Assembly (NCBI GenBank): GCA_951406725.2 | Contig: OX597826.1 | Location: 82,336,001-82,400,000, forward strand | DNA length: 64,000 nucleotides | Reading direction: 5' to 3' | Source of the DNA: Octopus vulgaris | Lineage: Eukaryota | In this document: positions 63,444-64,000 of the stretch, piece after piece | Position numbering within the stretch: the stretch's first letter is position 1 | Layout: every line of letters begins with the position of its first letter | The notes under the pieces: model-generated | The model's database searches: none | What the model was told of the DNA's origin: nothing | Seen by the model: the letters and a program-made list of their open reading frames with translations, nothing else | Made by a program: the position numbers and the translations under genes

Positions 63444-63544
63444 CCAGAATATTGATATGTGTGTGCTAAAGGACTAAACAGAATTTTAATACTTGTGTAC
63501 TGAACGACTAACCAGAATTTAATACTTGTGTGCTAAAGGACTAA
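63444..63544 (+). repeat. Minisatellite, ~33-34 bp x3
   Basis: CAGAAT(T)TTAATACTTGTGTGCTAAAGGACTAA repeated with variants. Confidence 0.8.
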
Positions 63545-64000
63545 GTCAAATCGTAATTACCACAAATTTTTCACAAAATAAAATGTCAAAAAATGGCTGA
63601 TGATCATCTTAGCGTTGGGAAGGCAGATTATATTTTAGTGTAGTTAGGAAATATATGCCACAAAGAATGTTCTTTCGAAAGCATTTACCTCTGCGTCAAT
63701 GAGTAAATAAATGTCACGTCATAGAATTGTAGTGGTGGATTAACAACTTCGCCACCATCCCTCAACCAACACGTAAACATTATTAATTAAATAGTGTCAT
63801 GCATCAATTGGCAGACGACGAAATTTACGCCATGACATCTTCCGGAATTTAGATTTTCTTGAAACTAAAATGTGTTGCTTACGCAGCTTTATAGAATGAA
63901 ACAATGCAAAGCTAACATGAAAAAATGCCGAACATTTATAAGGATGATTAAAGATAATTTGGCTTTGAAATATTGCTCACATCACAATGCTGATTTCTTG

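Overview
AT-rich, microsatellite-saturated animal DNA, intronic or intergenic. The tRNA-derived SINE families, R4/Dong and Tx1 LINEs, Penelope relics and mariners strongly suggest an octopus (coleoid cephalopod) genome; this is an inference. I find no convincing host protein-coding gene: nearly all ORFs in the track are translations of simple repeats or decayed transposon fragments. Identifiable content: two near-full-length decayed mariner (DD34D) elements plus a third 5' end; Tx1/L1-type, RTE-type and several R4/Dong-type (restriction-like endonuclease, RLE) LINE fragments; Penelope-like (PLE) remnants; about 17 SINE loci in 3-4 families; a 2.2-kb (TTC)n/(CTC)n tract; local duplications. The most striking unannotated signal is a set of type I hammerhead-ribozyme (HHR) motifs in short non-coding elements that mostly end at (TA)n. 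These include one essentially canonical HHR (33016-33104), a ~405-bp palindrome carrying a related HHR on each strand (44833-45237), a minimal dimer-type HHR (40227-40261) and a family with a recurrent CUGUNGA core. Several LINE families also appear partitioned by microsatellite target: (TAA)n, (CATA)n and (ATCT)n. All calls were made by eye; boundaries are approximate.
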